A DNA stretch of 64,000 bases from assembly GCA_965649265.1 (NCBI GenBank), contig CBFGKC010000001.1, positions 296,911 to 360,910 on the forward strand, written 5' to 3'. A model generated the notes under the pieces. It saw only the letters and a list, made by a program, of their open reading frames with translations. It was not told the DNA's origin and ran no database searches. Positions 35,924 through 45,000 of this stretch are shown piece after piece. Origin of the DNA: a candidate division WOR-3 bacterium. Lineage in GTDB: Bacteria > Hydrothermota > Tepidihabitantia > B3-TA06. Position 1 is the first letter of the stretch. Every line of letters starts with the position of its first letter. A program made the translations under genes and the position numbers.

Positions 35924-37006
35924 ATGAAAATAGTCTCGATTGTCGGGGCAAGGCCCCAGTTTATCAAAGCGGCGATGCTTTCCAGGGTGATTGGCGGAGA
36001 AAGCGATATCAGGCACGTCCAGCTTCACACCGGTCAGCACTACAGCCCCGAGATGACGCGGATTTTGTTCAACGATCTCGATTACCATCCCGATTACGAT
36101 CTGGGTGTCGGCTCCGGCAGTCATGCCGTTCAGACCGGCCGGGCGATGATCGGAATAGAAGAAGCTCTCGTGAAAGAGAAGCCGAGTCTCGTCGTTATCT
36201 ACGGAGATACAAACACAACGTTAGCCGGTGCGCTTGCCGCCTCCAAACTCCAAATTCCCATAGCTCACGTGGAGGCGGGGCTGAGAAGCTTTAACCGTAG
36301 GATGCCCGAGGAGATAAACCGCATAGTCGCGGATTCGTTATCCGATCTCCTTTTCTGCCCGACTGAAAACGCGCTTAACAATCTCCGCAAGGAAGGAAGA
36401 GGGGAGGGAGTCACGAACACTGGTGACATTCTTCTCGACACGCTCGAACTCTTTCTGCCTGTGGCCCGTGAGTCGTCAGGCATTATTGAGCGCCTTTCCC
36501 TTAAGAACGAATCTTTCTGGCTTTTGACCATGCACAGGCCCGCAAACGTTGACGAGGAATGTGATCTTAAAGAAGTGCTCGCTGCGCTTGCCGAGACTCG
36601 ACACCCCAAGATAATCTTTCCAAGCCATCCGCGAACGGCCGAGACCCTCCGGCGGGTTCCCGAAAAGGATAAAAAACACATAGAGATAATTCCCCCCGTT
36701 TCGTATCATGACGTTCTCCTGCTCGAGGAGAATGCGGAACTGATACTCACCGATTCCGGTGGTGTCCAGAGGGAAGCGTATTTTCTATCCCGCCCGTGCC
36801 TTACTCTTCGCGAGGAGACCGAGTGGCCGGAGACGCTTGAAAAGGGATGGAACAAACTGGTTGGTTCTTCAAGAGAGGGAATAAAAAAAGGGATTGAATC
36901 TTTAAGCAAGCCTCGCGCAAAACCGGATTTGAAGGCGTTTGGAGGAGGCAATGCAGGTTTAGCCATGGTTGAAGAAATAAAAAAAACTGCAAGAATCGTG
37001 AAGTAA
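35924..37006 (+). CDS. wecB: UDP-N-acetylglucosamine 2-epimerase (non-hydrolysing)
   Basis: MKIVSIVGARPQFIKAAML..., VIYGDTNTTLAGALAA, HVEAGLRSFN, and DSGGVQREA, over the full length. Confidence 0.9.
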   Translation: MKIVSIVGARPQFIKAAMLSRVIGGESDIRHVQLHTGQHYSPEMTRILFNDLDYHPDYDLGVGSGSHAVQTGRAMIGIEEALVKEKPSLVVIYGDTNTTLAGALAASKLQIPIAHVEAGLRSFNRRMPEEINRIVADSLSDLLFCPTENALNNLRKEGRGEGVTNTGDILLDTLELFLPVARESSGIIERLSLKNESFWLLTMHRPANVDEECDLKEVLAALAETRHPKIIFPSHPRTAETLRRVPEKDKKHIEIIPPVSYHDVLLLEENAELILTDSGGVQREAYFLSRPCLTLREETEWPETLEKGWNKLVGSSREGIKKGIESLSKPRAKPDLKAFGGGNAGLAMVEEIKKTARIVK

Positions 37007-38559
37007 TGAAAATAGCGGACCTCAAGACTCTTTCGAAAGACACCCTTATCTACGGAATAGGTAACGCCAGCAACCGTCTTGTCCAGGTGCTTCTTGCACC
37101 TATCTACGCCGCCTATCTTTCTGCCGACCGTTTCGGCATACGTTCATTGACAATTGCCCTGTATGGAATATTGCAAATTTTAATCGTTCTGGGTCTGGAT
37201 CAGGGTGTAATTGCTGATTATTACGAAACCAGGGACCTGGAGGATCGCAGAAGAGTGGTGTCTACGGGATTTACCTTCAGTGTTATCAGTTCGTTCCTGA
37301 TCGGGGGATTGACGTTTCTTCTTGCAACGCCTGTTGCTCAGCTAATGGGCATAGATCCTGTTGAAGGCACCCCGATATTAAGGTTATTCTCAATTTACAC
37401 AATCCTGACACCTCCTACTTTTGTATTTCTATCCTTCTTGAGAAGTGATCGTCATCCGTGGACATACAGCATTTTCAGTTTCCTTAAAAGCCTGGTTCGG
37501 GTGGCCCTTATTGCCGTATTCCTGATTCTTCTGAAACGCGAACTGAGGGGCGTTTTTGAAGCCGAAGCGATTCTTGCGGTGATTTTCTTTCCCGTTCTCG
37601 TCCTGACCGTCTACATTTACACCAGAGGTATCAAATTCTCCTTTAAAAACCTGTGGAGTATGATCAAGTATTCCTTACCGCTGATTCCTACCGCTGCTTT
37701 CATGTGGATTAGAAATCTCAGCGACAGATTTCTCATAAAGCTCTATTTGACCCAGACCGATGTAGGTGTTTTTTCATTTGCCGTGAATTTCCCAAATGTC
37801 CTGTCTTTTCTTATCGTCGTTCCTCTTTCACTTGCCTGGGTACCGTATGCGTTTTCAATAAAGGACAGGCCTGACCTCCCTAGTTTCATATCGCGCGTCC
37901 TTACTTATTTCTTGTTCATAGCGGGATGGGCGCTGGTGGTCCTGGGGGGACCGAGTTACGAATTCCTTAGAGTCATAGCTAAGCGTCCGGAGTACTGGCA
38001 GGGAACGACTCTTATTCCGGTACTGCTTCTGGGGGTGTGTTTTTATGGTGTTCACTATATTATTGCTACGCCGTGTAATCTTGCCCGCAAGACTATTTAT
38101 TTCACAATCGCCACCTTGATATCATCGGTCGTAAGTGTAGTAGCAAACGTGCTCCTTTTACCAGCTGTAGGCCTTTTCGGATCCGCCTTGGCTTCACTTA
38201 TATCTTACTTCGCGATGTTCCTGCCCATGTACTTTTTCAGCCGCCGCTTGATGAAAATTCAATACGAGACAAAACGGATAACCATTGTTTCGATTGTGTC
38301 CGTGCTTGTTACGACCATAATTTTTTTGTGGCAACCCGGCGATACATTTACGAGCCAGATGATAAGCAAGCTGGGCGGCGCGTGGCTTGTAAACAACTGG
38401 TACGTTTCTTCGCTGACCGGAGCCCTTGTTATTAAAATTGTGGCTGGCAGTATACTCTATGTGGGACTGGTTTTAGTCTCGGGATTTCTATTACCTTCCG
38501 AACGAGAGGTAATAAGAAAGAAACTCTTGCCGAAAAAGCTGAGAAAGAACCAGGGTTAG
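37006..38559 (+). CDS. polysaccharide flippase (Wzx/MOP superfamily)
   Basis: 517 aa with 12 or more predicted TM helices. N-terminus SKDTLIYGIGNASNRLVQVLLAPIY is typical of oligosaccharide flippases. Confidence 0.7.
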   Translation: MKIADLKTLSKDTLIYGIGNASNRLVQVLLAPIYAAYLSADRFGIRSLTIALYGILQILIVLGLDQGVIADYYETRDLEDRRRVVSTGFTFSVISSFLIGGLTFLLATPVAQLMGIDPVEGTPILRLFSIYTILTPPTFVFLSFLRSDRHPWTYSIFSFLKSLVRVALIAVFLILLKRELRGVFEAEAILAVIFFPVLVLTVYIYTRGIKFSFKNLWSMIKYSLPLIPTAAFMWIRNLSDRFLIKLYLTQTDVGVFSFAVNFPNVLSFLIVVPLSLAWVPYAFSIKDRPDLPSFISRVLTYFLFIAGWALVVLGGPSYEFLRVIAKRPEYWQGTTLIPVLLLGVCFYGVHYIIATPCNLARKTIYFTIATLISSVVSVVANVLLLPAVGLFGSALASLISYFAMFLPMYFFSRRLMKIQYETKRITIVSIVSVLVTTIIFLWQPGDTFTSQMISKLGGAWLVNNWYVSSLTGALVIKIVAGSILYVGLVLVSGFLLPSEREVIRKKLLPKKLRKNQG

Positions 38560-38588
38560 CTAATCCAGGGCATTGGCCCAAAGGAAAA

Positions 38589-39359
38589 TCAACTATTTTG
38601 CTTTTCCTGGGAGGCAGAGGATACTTTTCTGTAAAAATGCTTTATCCGCGGGAAGACTTTTACGAGAAAAACAACGGCTAAACCGAAGTAATAAAAGGTA
38701 GTGACTCCCCACGGGTGGGGAAATGGATGGAAAAACAAGTCAAATCCAAGCGTAAGCAGCATAAAAACATATACCGATTCCATTCGTGAAAAAAACCCAA
38801 GCCATCTTTTTATGGTCCCGAGTGGTTGGGATTGATTGGATTTCTCGTTCGCAACGGGATAGAACTGAAGGATCGTATCTACTGCGGTGTGATGGAAAAG
38901 ATTCGATAGCACTAAAACCGCCATAGCGATCAAAATAAAAATTAAATTGCTGCGTAAGTATAAACCGATTCCTGCTCCCATTAAAAGGGCAGTTTCTGTA
39001 ATATAATGCACAATGTGGTCAAGAGGTTCTCCGACGGGAGAAAACTTTTTTTTGGAACGTGCAAGTTCACCATCTACGCAGTCCAGAAGATAAAGCAGAT
39101 GGTATGCGAAGATACCCAAAAAAGCCAGGGTGTAGGAGGGGGTTGCAAGGAGGATGCCGCCTGCTATACCGACGATAAGCATAGTCCATGTTACTGCATT
39201 TGGAGTAACCGGGGTTCTGGCTAAAAGCCACGTAAGATATGGAGAAAGATGCCTGAAAAAATACCATGCGAGCCATGATTCCTGGGATTTTGGTTTTTGG
39301 GCGTTTTGCCGAATGTATTTTATAGTGATTTTTATTTCATTCGATTTCTGTTTTTCCAT
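38589..39359 (-). CDS. CDP-alcohol phosphatidyltransferase family protein (divergent last motif residue)
   Basis: DCVDGELARSKKKFSPVGEPLDHIVH matches D-x2-DG-x2-AR-x8-G-x3-D-x3-(D), except that His replaces the final Asp. Multi-TM. Confidence 0.75.
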   Translation of the reverse strand: MEKQKSNEIKITIKYIRQNAQKPKSQESWLAWYFFRHLSPYLTWLLARTPVTPNAVTWTMLIVGIAGGILLATPSYTLAFLGIFAYHLLYLLDCVDGELARSKKKFSPVGEPLDHIVHYITETALLMGAGIGLYLRSNLIFILIAMAVLVLSNLFHHTAVDTILQFYPVANEKSNQSQPLGTIKRWLGFFSRMESVYVFMLLTLGFDLFFHPFPHPWGVTTFYYFGLAVVFLVKVFPRIKHFYRKVSSASQEKQNS

Positions 39360-39385
39360 GGTCCAGAATCTATCTTCTTGAATAT

Positions 39386-40426
39386 TTATTTTCCACTATA
39401 AGCCTCTTCGTATGCTTTTTTAATATCTTCGGGACTGACTTTATCGAGTACTGTGGTTCTTCCTGGTCGTGTCAGAGGTGCCTTTTTGATTAGCTTCAGG
39501 AATTCATTATATCCCAGTTTCAGTTCACCGGGCGAGGATAACAACGAATTCACTTTTAGAAACTCTTTTTGTCTCGATTGAGATGTTTCTTTTTGCAGGA
39601 GAGTCGTGAAAATAGAAAACATCGCGACTTGTTCGCCGTGCAGCGACTTTCCAGGGTACAACTCGTCCAGGGCGTGGCTTAGGAGATGTTCTGAACCGCT
39701 GCAAGGTCTGCTGGTGCCGGCAATTCCCATGGCGATTCCCGAGAGTACGAGACCCTCGGCCAGAGTTCGCAAAAAAGCTCCGTTCTCGAAATCGACGGTT
39801 TTGAAAGCCAGTAATTCCATTGCCGGTTTCCGGGAAAGCATGGCGGATACTGCATCGTAGTGCTCTTGTACCCTTTGGTAGGCAAAAAACCAGTCGTTGG
39901 TTGCCGAAATGTTCGAAATCAAATCACCCACGCCGGCTTTCAGATTCTGCCGTGGTGCTGTGGCGACGATGCCAAGATCCACAAGCACGGCCGTGGGCAT
40001 GTTGACCCCCACGCTTCTTGTTCCTTTTCTAAAACGTATAACCGCTACGGGAGAAGATATTCCATCGTTCGAGAGAGAAGTAGGAATGCTGACGACTGGG
40101 AGAATCCTCCGCGACCCGGTAAATTTGGAAACATCGACAACTTTTCCTCCCCCGACGCCTATTAAAACGTCCGGGCGTTTATTCTCGACAATCTGCTCAA
40201 GCTCTTCCACCTGGGGATAGGAGTTGTTTTCGATGAGGCAGATGTGAGGCTCTTCAAAACCTGAACTGACCTTCTCGGCAAGATGTTTTGTGTCACGCAT
40301 GGTGACGAGAAGAGGCTTCTTGAAAAGCAGGTTGGATTCGCAGAGCAGACTGTGCGCTTTGTGGAGCAAGTCGTCTTCGATCCTTACAAGAATCGGCAAC
40401 GTAACACTGCTTCCGAAGATAGGCAT
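39386..40426 (-). CDS. Fe-ADH_2 family dehydrogenase, sn-glycerol-1-phosphate dehydrogenase-like (EgsA/AraM type)
   Basis: GVGGGKVVDVSK nucleotide loop, IPTSLSNDGISSPVAVI, GVGDLISN, SGSEHLLSHALD, and HGEQVA. These are in the same order and form as G1PDH/AraM metal and substrate motifs. Confidence 0.6.
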   Translation of the reverse strand: MPIFGSSVTLPILVRIEDDLLHKAHSLLCESNLLFKKPLLVTMRDTKHLAEKVSSGFEEPHICLIENNSYPQVEELEQIVENKRPDVLIGVGGGKVVDVSKFTGSRRILPVVSIPTSLSNDGISSPVAVIRFRKGTRSVGVNMPTAVLVDLGIVATAPRQNLKAGVGDLISNISATNDWFFAYQRVQEHYDAVSAMLSRKPAMELLAFKTVDFENGAFLRTLAEGLVLSGIAMGIAGTSRPCSGSEHLLSHALDELYPGKSLHGEQVAMFSIFTTLLQKETSQSRQKEFLKVNSLLSSPGELKLGYNEFLKLIKKAPLTRPGRTTVLDKVSPEDIKKAYEEAYSGK

Positions 40427-41152
40427 CTAATTTTCTTCTTTATCAATACCACGTGCCGTACTGTCAGCACGGGCCAGGTCTTCATGGGTGTCTATTTCTA
40501 TCCATGGTAGGCCTTTAGTGCTAAGAGAAAAAATTGGTGCGTCGTGAAGTATACCGGCTATGGCATTTTCGTACCATACCCCGGTATTACCGTTAGAAAT
40601 CATCTTGTCTATTTCCGCAAAAAGTGACCGGGAGAAGTCTTTTCCAAATTTCGCCAACCCGATGTATTCGCCGCCGCTTTCCTTTGGATCAAGGGTCTTG
40701 GAGATGGCTGTGATCCGCGAGTTACCGTCAAGCATTACTTTCATTTCCTCTTCTGCAAGTGGGTGGATATCATCCACGACGAGAAGGTTCCCTCTTTTAT
40801 CCTCAAGGAGATTGAAAAGAAGGTTTGGATGAAACAGTACGTCGCAGTTCAAAAGCAGGAAGTCCGCTCCACGCAGCTCGTTTCTTGCCAGCCATAGCGA
40901 GTAGATGTTATTCGTCGTTTTGTAGAGCTCGTTGTTGATGAAGTTGCAGTTATGGGCATACGGGAACAATGTTGAAGCCTGATGGCCCGATAAAACGATT
41001 ATATCTTCAGGTTCGAGACCGGCTGTGTATATGGCTTTCAGCGAACGCTCAAACAGGGTCCTCCCCCCCACGTCCAGCAGTGCCTTGGGTTTTTCGATCG
41101 TAATCGGGTGAAGCCTGCGGCCTTCACCTGCCGCCAGTATTATCGCTTTCAT
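40427..41152 (-). CDS. LicC-like phospho-alcohol nucleotidyl(cytidylyl)transferase
   Basis: MKAIILAAGEGRRLHPITIEKPKALLDVGG and TNNIYSLWLA resemble LicC/IPCT-type NTP transferases. Confidence 0.7.
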   Translation of the reverse strand: MKAIILAAGEGRRLHPITIEKPKALLDVGGRTLFERSLKAIYTAGLEPEDIIVLSGHQASTLFPYAHNCNFINNELYKTTNNIYSLWLARNELRGADFLLLNCDVLFHPNLLFNLLEDKRGNLLVVDDIHPLAEEEMKVMLDGNSRITAISKTLDPKESGGEYIGLAKFGKDFSRSLFAEIDKMISNGNTGVWYENAIAGILHDAPIFSLSTKGLPWIEIDTHEDLARADSTARGIDKEEN

Positions 41153-41816
41153 TTTTTACCTTTGCGAGTTTAATTTTGATGACAAGTGTTGTTATTCCGT
41201 AAAGCAAGCTTGCAATGCAGATTGAGTAAGTGGGTAAGTGGGGTATGAGCCATGCCAAAAGCGGACCCAGGAAAAGCAAGAAAAACTGTTCGTCGAAAGC
41301 CGTGTATAAAGAACCCACACGGGGGATGATTCGTTTCTCGAAAGGGGCTGGCGGATAGGTGTTATTTTTCGGAGGGATATGATGAGCGACAAGATGGATA
41401 ATGTAATGAAAAACCAGTCCCCCGCATGTTATAAGCAACCAGACCAGCCCGAACTGCCGGAAAATTCCCCACCCCAGAGCAACATACGCAAGATTCGATC
41501 TTACGAAATCGACCAAGGGATCAAGCTTGCGGCCGAATTCGGTTTGTTTTTTTGTAAGCCTTGCCAGTTTGCCGTCGGTGCAGTCCAGTATCCATGAGAA
41601 TTGAAAACACAGAGCCCCGAAGAGCAGGGACAATCCATCACCCAGCCAGAAAAAATAAAATGAAGCGAAACCTGGCACCAGACTTGACAACGTGACCGCG
41701 ATGGGGTGAATGCCGGTTTTTGAAAGCAACCTGGCCAGCGGTGTAGCTACCGGATCTGCAAACAGAACCGTACTCCAGGCGTCTGTTTCCTTGACGAAAG
41801 AGGATCTAGGCTCCAT
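41124..41816 (-). CDS. CDP-alcohol phosphatidyltransferase family protein
   Basis: Complete motif DCTDGKLARLTKKQTEFGRKLDPLVD. Multi-TM. Confidence 0.8.
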   Translation of the reverse strand: MEPRSSFVKETDAWSTVLFADPVATPLARLLSKTGIHPIAVTLSSLVPGFASFYFFWLGDGLSLLFGALCFQFSWILDCTDGKLARLTKKQTEFGRKLDPLVDFVRSNLAYVALGWGIFRQFGLVWLLITCGGLVFHYIIHLVAHHIPPKNNTYPPAPFEKRIIPRVGSLYTAFDEQFFLLFLGPLLAWLIPHLPTYSICIASLLYGITTLVIKIKLAKVKNESDNTGGR

Positions 41817-41907
41817 GTAAGTGAAGTCTATCTATTTTGCATGTAGTGTCAATGAGAATCCGGGAAGTGTACGACCGGATGATCTTATCAAAAGCTTAAC
41901 CAAGCTA

Positions 41908-41936
41908 TTGAAAAAGAGCAAGAGCATTCGTATAAT
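41908..41936 (+). promoter_or_regulatory. sigma70-like promoter TTGAAA-N17-TATAAT
   Basis: Plus strand reads aTTGAAAaagagcaagagcattcgTATAATtattgggATG. Confidence 0.5.
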
Positions 41937-41943
41937 TATTGGG

Positions 41944-41991
41944 ATGAATCATAAAAATCGAATTGAACTCGCCGTAAGGAAAATTAATTGA
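41944..41991 (+). CDS. possible leaderless 15-codon upstream ORF coupled to the GT4 gene
   Basis: The ATG is 7 nt after TATAAT. The ORF encodes MNHKNRIELAVRKIN, and its stop TGA overlaps the TTG start of 41988..43181 (TTGA). Confidence 0.25.
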   Translation: MNHKNRIELAVRKIN

Positions 41992-43181
41992 GAGTGAATA
42001 AAGCTGAAGAATCTCCGCACATTGTAATGTTGGCTCCTTTTTTCCCTCCTTACAAGGGAGCGGTTTCTTCGCGCCTGGAATCGTTTGCAAGATACTGGAC
42101 GCGGTTCGCGACGGTAACAGTTATTACCACAGAGGCATCAAAAGAACCTGAAACTTATCGCCGAATCGTGATTCCTCTGGCGAAGTGGCGTTTTGATTTT
42201 CTTAAGATGCCTTACCGTTTCCCCGCACTTCTTCGACAGGTGAAAAGAATTTCTCCAGATATCCTTTTCGCAAGCATCCCTCCGGTCTGGCCGCTCCTTG
42301 AAGCTCATTTCCTGAGTAAACGTCTGGGTTTGCCTTTGACTGTAGACGTCAGGGATTTGCCTACATCCACGTATCCCATCGATAAAGTGTTTTCTGTTCG
42401 TAGGGGATTTAACCTTTTAGCACAAACACTTTCACGATATTTGTTGAGGAAAAAAAGGGGAGCGGTTACAGTTACTGAATGCGTATTAGATCAGTTGAGA
42501 GAATTTGCAGACATATCTGGATTCAAAGGGTGGGTCATCAGAAACGGTAGTGAGATAGAGCATTTCAAGAGATCACGCACCGCCGGGAAAAAGTATGACA
42601 TAGTTTATTCAGGAACATTTATACTTGTGAGGAATCCCAAGTCAATCTTCAAATATTTGCTTACTCTACGTGAGCTGTTTCCTCAAGTAAAAGTGCTGTT
42701 TCTTGTGGATTTCGTCGACAAAAAAATCGAGGAACAGTTTCGTACCGACCTTAAAAAACATTCAATGGAAGAGAACGTAGATTTCCAGGATATGACTTCC
42801 ACAGAGAGAATCCCGGAATTCCTTGGTCGCGCGAGATTGGGACTTGATTCTCTCGTGTCATCAAGTCACACGTACAAGGGTGCTGTCAGCGCAAAGGACT
42901 ATGAATATCTTGCTGCAGGCTTGCCCGTGGTGGGGCTAATAGATCCAGATTTCTACGTCGAAACCAGGCGTATTATCTCTGATAACGCAGTGGGGATACT
43001 CGATCCAGATCCTTTAAGCCTCGCGCGTAAGACCGCGGAATTACTTAAGAATCCCTTACGTTTGAAGGAGATGTCCGACAAAGCGCGGAAGGTGGGTGAA
43101 CGTTTCGACCGCAAACTTCTCGCGGAGGAGTATTATCGAAAAGTCATTCTTCCAGCCTGGAGGAGATTCAGCGCAGGATAA
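41988..43181 (+). CDS. glycosyltransferase family 4 (GT-B)
   Basis: IVMLAPFFPPYKG N-terminus. C-terminal E-x7-E-like region with sugar-nucleotide binding (KDYEYLAAGLPVVG). Start uncertain: TTG at 41988 or ATG at 42027. Confidence 0.7.
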   Translation: MRVNKAEESPHIVMLAPFFPPYKGAVSSRLESFARYWTRFATVTVITTEASKEPETYRRIVIPLAKWRFDFLKMPYRFPALLRQVKRISPDILFASIPPVWPLLEAHFLSKRLGLPLTVDVRDLPTSTYPIDKVFSVRRGFNLLAQTLSRYLLRKKRGAVTVTECVLDQLREFADISGFKGWVIRNGSEIEHFKRSRTAGKKYDIVYSGTFILVRNPKSIFKYLLTLRELFPQVKVLFLVDFVDKKIEEQFRTDLKKHSMEENVDFQDMTSTERIPEFLGRARLGLDSLVSSSHTYKGAVSAKDYEYLAAGLPVVGLIDPDFYVETRRIISDNAVGILDPDPLSLARKTAELLKNPLRLKEMSDKARKVGERFDRKLLAEEYYRKVILPAWRRFSAG

Positions 43182-44871
43182 TAACCCTCTGACAGGAAGC
43201 TTTTCCCGCCGATTCCAGCCTTACAAAATAAACGCCGCCTGAAAACCGAGAGACGTCGAGGTTCAAGAATCTTTGTTCCGCACTCACGGGCTGCTTTACT
43301 ATCAATGAACCTGTGATGTCGTAGATGCTGATTGCACCTTGGGAACCTGCAGGAATCGAGTAAGCGACAGACAAGCCTCTTTTGTTTATCGAGTTCACTT
43401 TCAATGTCGGATTCCATGTCGCTTCGGGCGCAACCTCCTCCACGCCCTCTTGAGCGAGGCAGTTTATCCCGACGCGGAGTGTGTTATTCGCCGGGTTTTC
43501 ATCCTGGGGGTGCGAAACGGAAATAACGAGAACGGCGGTGTCCGGAACCGTCCAGTTTTCTTTCATGATAATGGTGTCCGACTCCAGAAAGCCGAGATCA
43601 GTCGTCCACGAACCCGAGGCACTGCCGGAAAGCGTCAGCTGAACGCCGTTCAAGGGGTCCCGGCCGTAATTTGTCACAATCGCCTCGAGATCGATCATTG
43701 TTCCCTTTTGAATCTCGTCTCCGTTGCGTATGCCTCTAAGCTCGAGAACGCCGGCGTCCTTGTCGTAAACCTTGCCTATCAGCCTGTCGAGCCCCATCAT
43801 TGCCAGGTACGATGTGACCCAGCACATGTCTATCGTATCTGCGTCCTGAGTCGTGGCCATTATGCCGCCGTCGTTATCGGTGTCGTACGAAAGAAGCTTG
43901 TTTGTGAGCCAGAGGTGATGTCTCTTGTAAGTGGTGTCGTGCGAAATGTCGTACATGGCTCCTTGTCCGTTTGCGTAGGCTACGTTCCACGAGTTGTCCC
44001 ACGAGTAATAGTCGACATTTTGCCAGACCTGGAAGGTATCGAGGTAAGATCCGTTCTCACTGATCCACTGCTTTCCGCGCGCCGTATCACTCTGAAAGGT
44101 CGAGTTGCAGAATCCCCACATCATTGTGCCTGCCGACATCGCCCAGTACTCTTCCTTCAAAACGACCTCAGGCGTTCGCCACTTCATCCATGAGATTATC
44201 GAATCGGACACGGCACAGGCGGTGTCCAGGGCTTCCTGGTCGTCATTTTCCACTCCGTATTTGTAAAGCCAGCCCGCGCACCAGCCCATAACATGACGGT
44301 CCAGCACTGCCCATTTATTCAAGCGCGGCGTTGCCACTTTCATGAATCGTGCGCACGAGTCCCTGTACCAGGTCCAGTTTTCGTCACCGTAAACACGGCG
44401 GTATCGCTCTTCGGCGGCTATACCCCACGCGCAGTTGTGGGAGGGATAGTATTGACCTGTTTGTGACTCCTCTTTCCATGCGGGAAAGCGGTTGCAGTAT
44501 TGCCAGGCCTTGTCGATATTCTTTCTGTATCTTGCCGTGTCGCCGGTTAATTCGCCGTATCGCGACCACACCCATATGGCCTCCTGGGTGTTGTCGGTCT
44601 GAATCACGGGTCTCAAAGGACCCGTTTCGGCCTCGATCATTCCGCCGTCGTCAACAGAGTCCGCATCGTCCAGCTGCCATAGAGCAATGAAGTCGGCGAT
44701 CTGGCGAAACTCGAACAAATAGTTGAATCTGAGTCTTGTGGGATCGGTGGTGTCTGCCGCTAGATTGGGATGACAGGGCAAACCCGGATATTGTCCTTCG
44801 CGAACGGGTGCGGTCGCCCACAATGCCGATATCGCCCCAAATCCTGCAACTAACAATACAAACCTTTTCAT
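43168..44871 (-). CDS. secreted protein with T9SS-type C-terminal sorting domain
   Basis: RBS GGAGG. Signal peptide MKRFVLLVAGFGAISALWA. C-terminus LSVAYSIPAGSQGAISIYDITGSLIVKQ...GGVYFVRLESAGKASCQRVIILR. Confidence 0.65.
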   Translation of the reverse strand: MKRFVLLVAGFGAISALWATAPVREGQYPGLPCHPNLAADTTDPTRLRFNYLFEFRQIADFIALWQLDDADSVDDGGMIEAETGPLRPVIQTDNTQEAIWVWSRYGELTGDTARYRKNIDKAWQYCNRFPAWKEESQTGQYYPSHNCAWGIAAEERYRRVYGDENWTWYRDSCARFMKVATPRLNKWAVLDRHVMGWCAGWLYKYGVENDDQEALDTACAVSDSIISWMKWRTPEVVLKEEYWAMSAGTMMWGFCNSTFQSDTARGKQWISENGSYLDTFQVWQNVDYYSWDNSWNVAYANGQGAMYDISHDTTYKRHHLWLTNKLLSYDTDNDGGIMATTQDADTIDMCWVTSYLAMMGLDRLIGKVYDKDAGVLELRGIRNGDEIQKGTMIDLEAIVTNYGRDPLNGVQLTLSGSASGSWTTDLGFLESDTIIMKENWTVPDTAVLVISVSHPQDENPANNTLRVGINCLAQEGVEEVAPEATWNPTLKVNSINKRGLSVAYSIPAGSQGAISIYDITGSLIVKQPVSAEQRFLNLDVSRFSGGVYFVRLESAGKASCQRVIILR

Positions 44872-44944
44872 GACTGTGCCTCCTAGACGCTATCCTAATC
44901 CATGCGCACGGCTTTGTCAAGCTGGAGTCTTGCGCCCTCCCCAC

Positions 44945-44970
44945 CAAAAAAAGGGCGGCTTACGCCGCCC
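44945..44970 (-). terminator. intrinsic terminator of 45001..45726
   Basis: Minus strand reads gggcggc-gtaa-gccgccc followed by ttttttt. Confidence 0.75.
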
Positions 44971-45000
44971 ACAGTCAAATTTCTCGAAAGTGCAAGGCTA

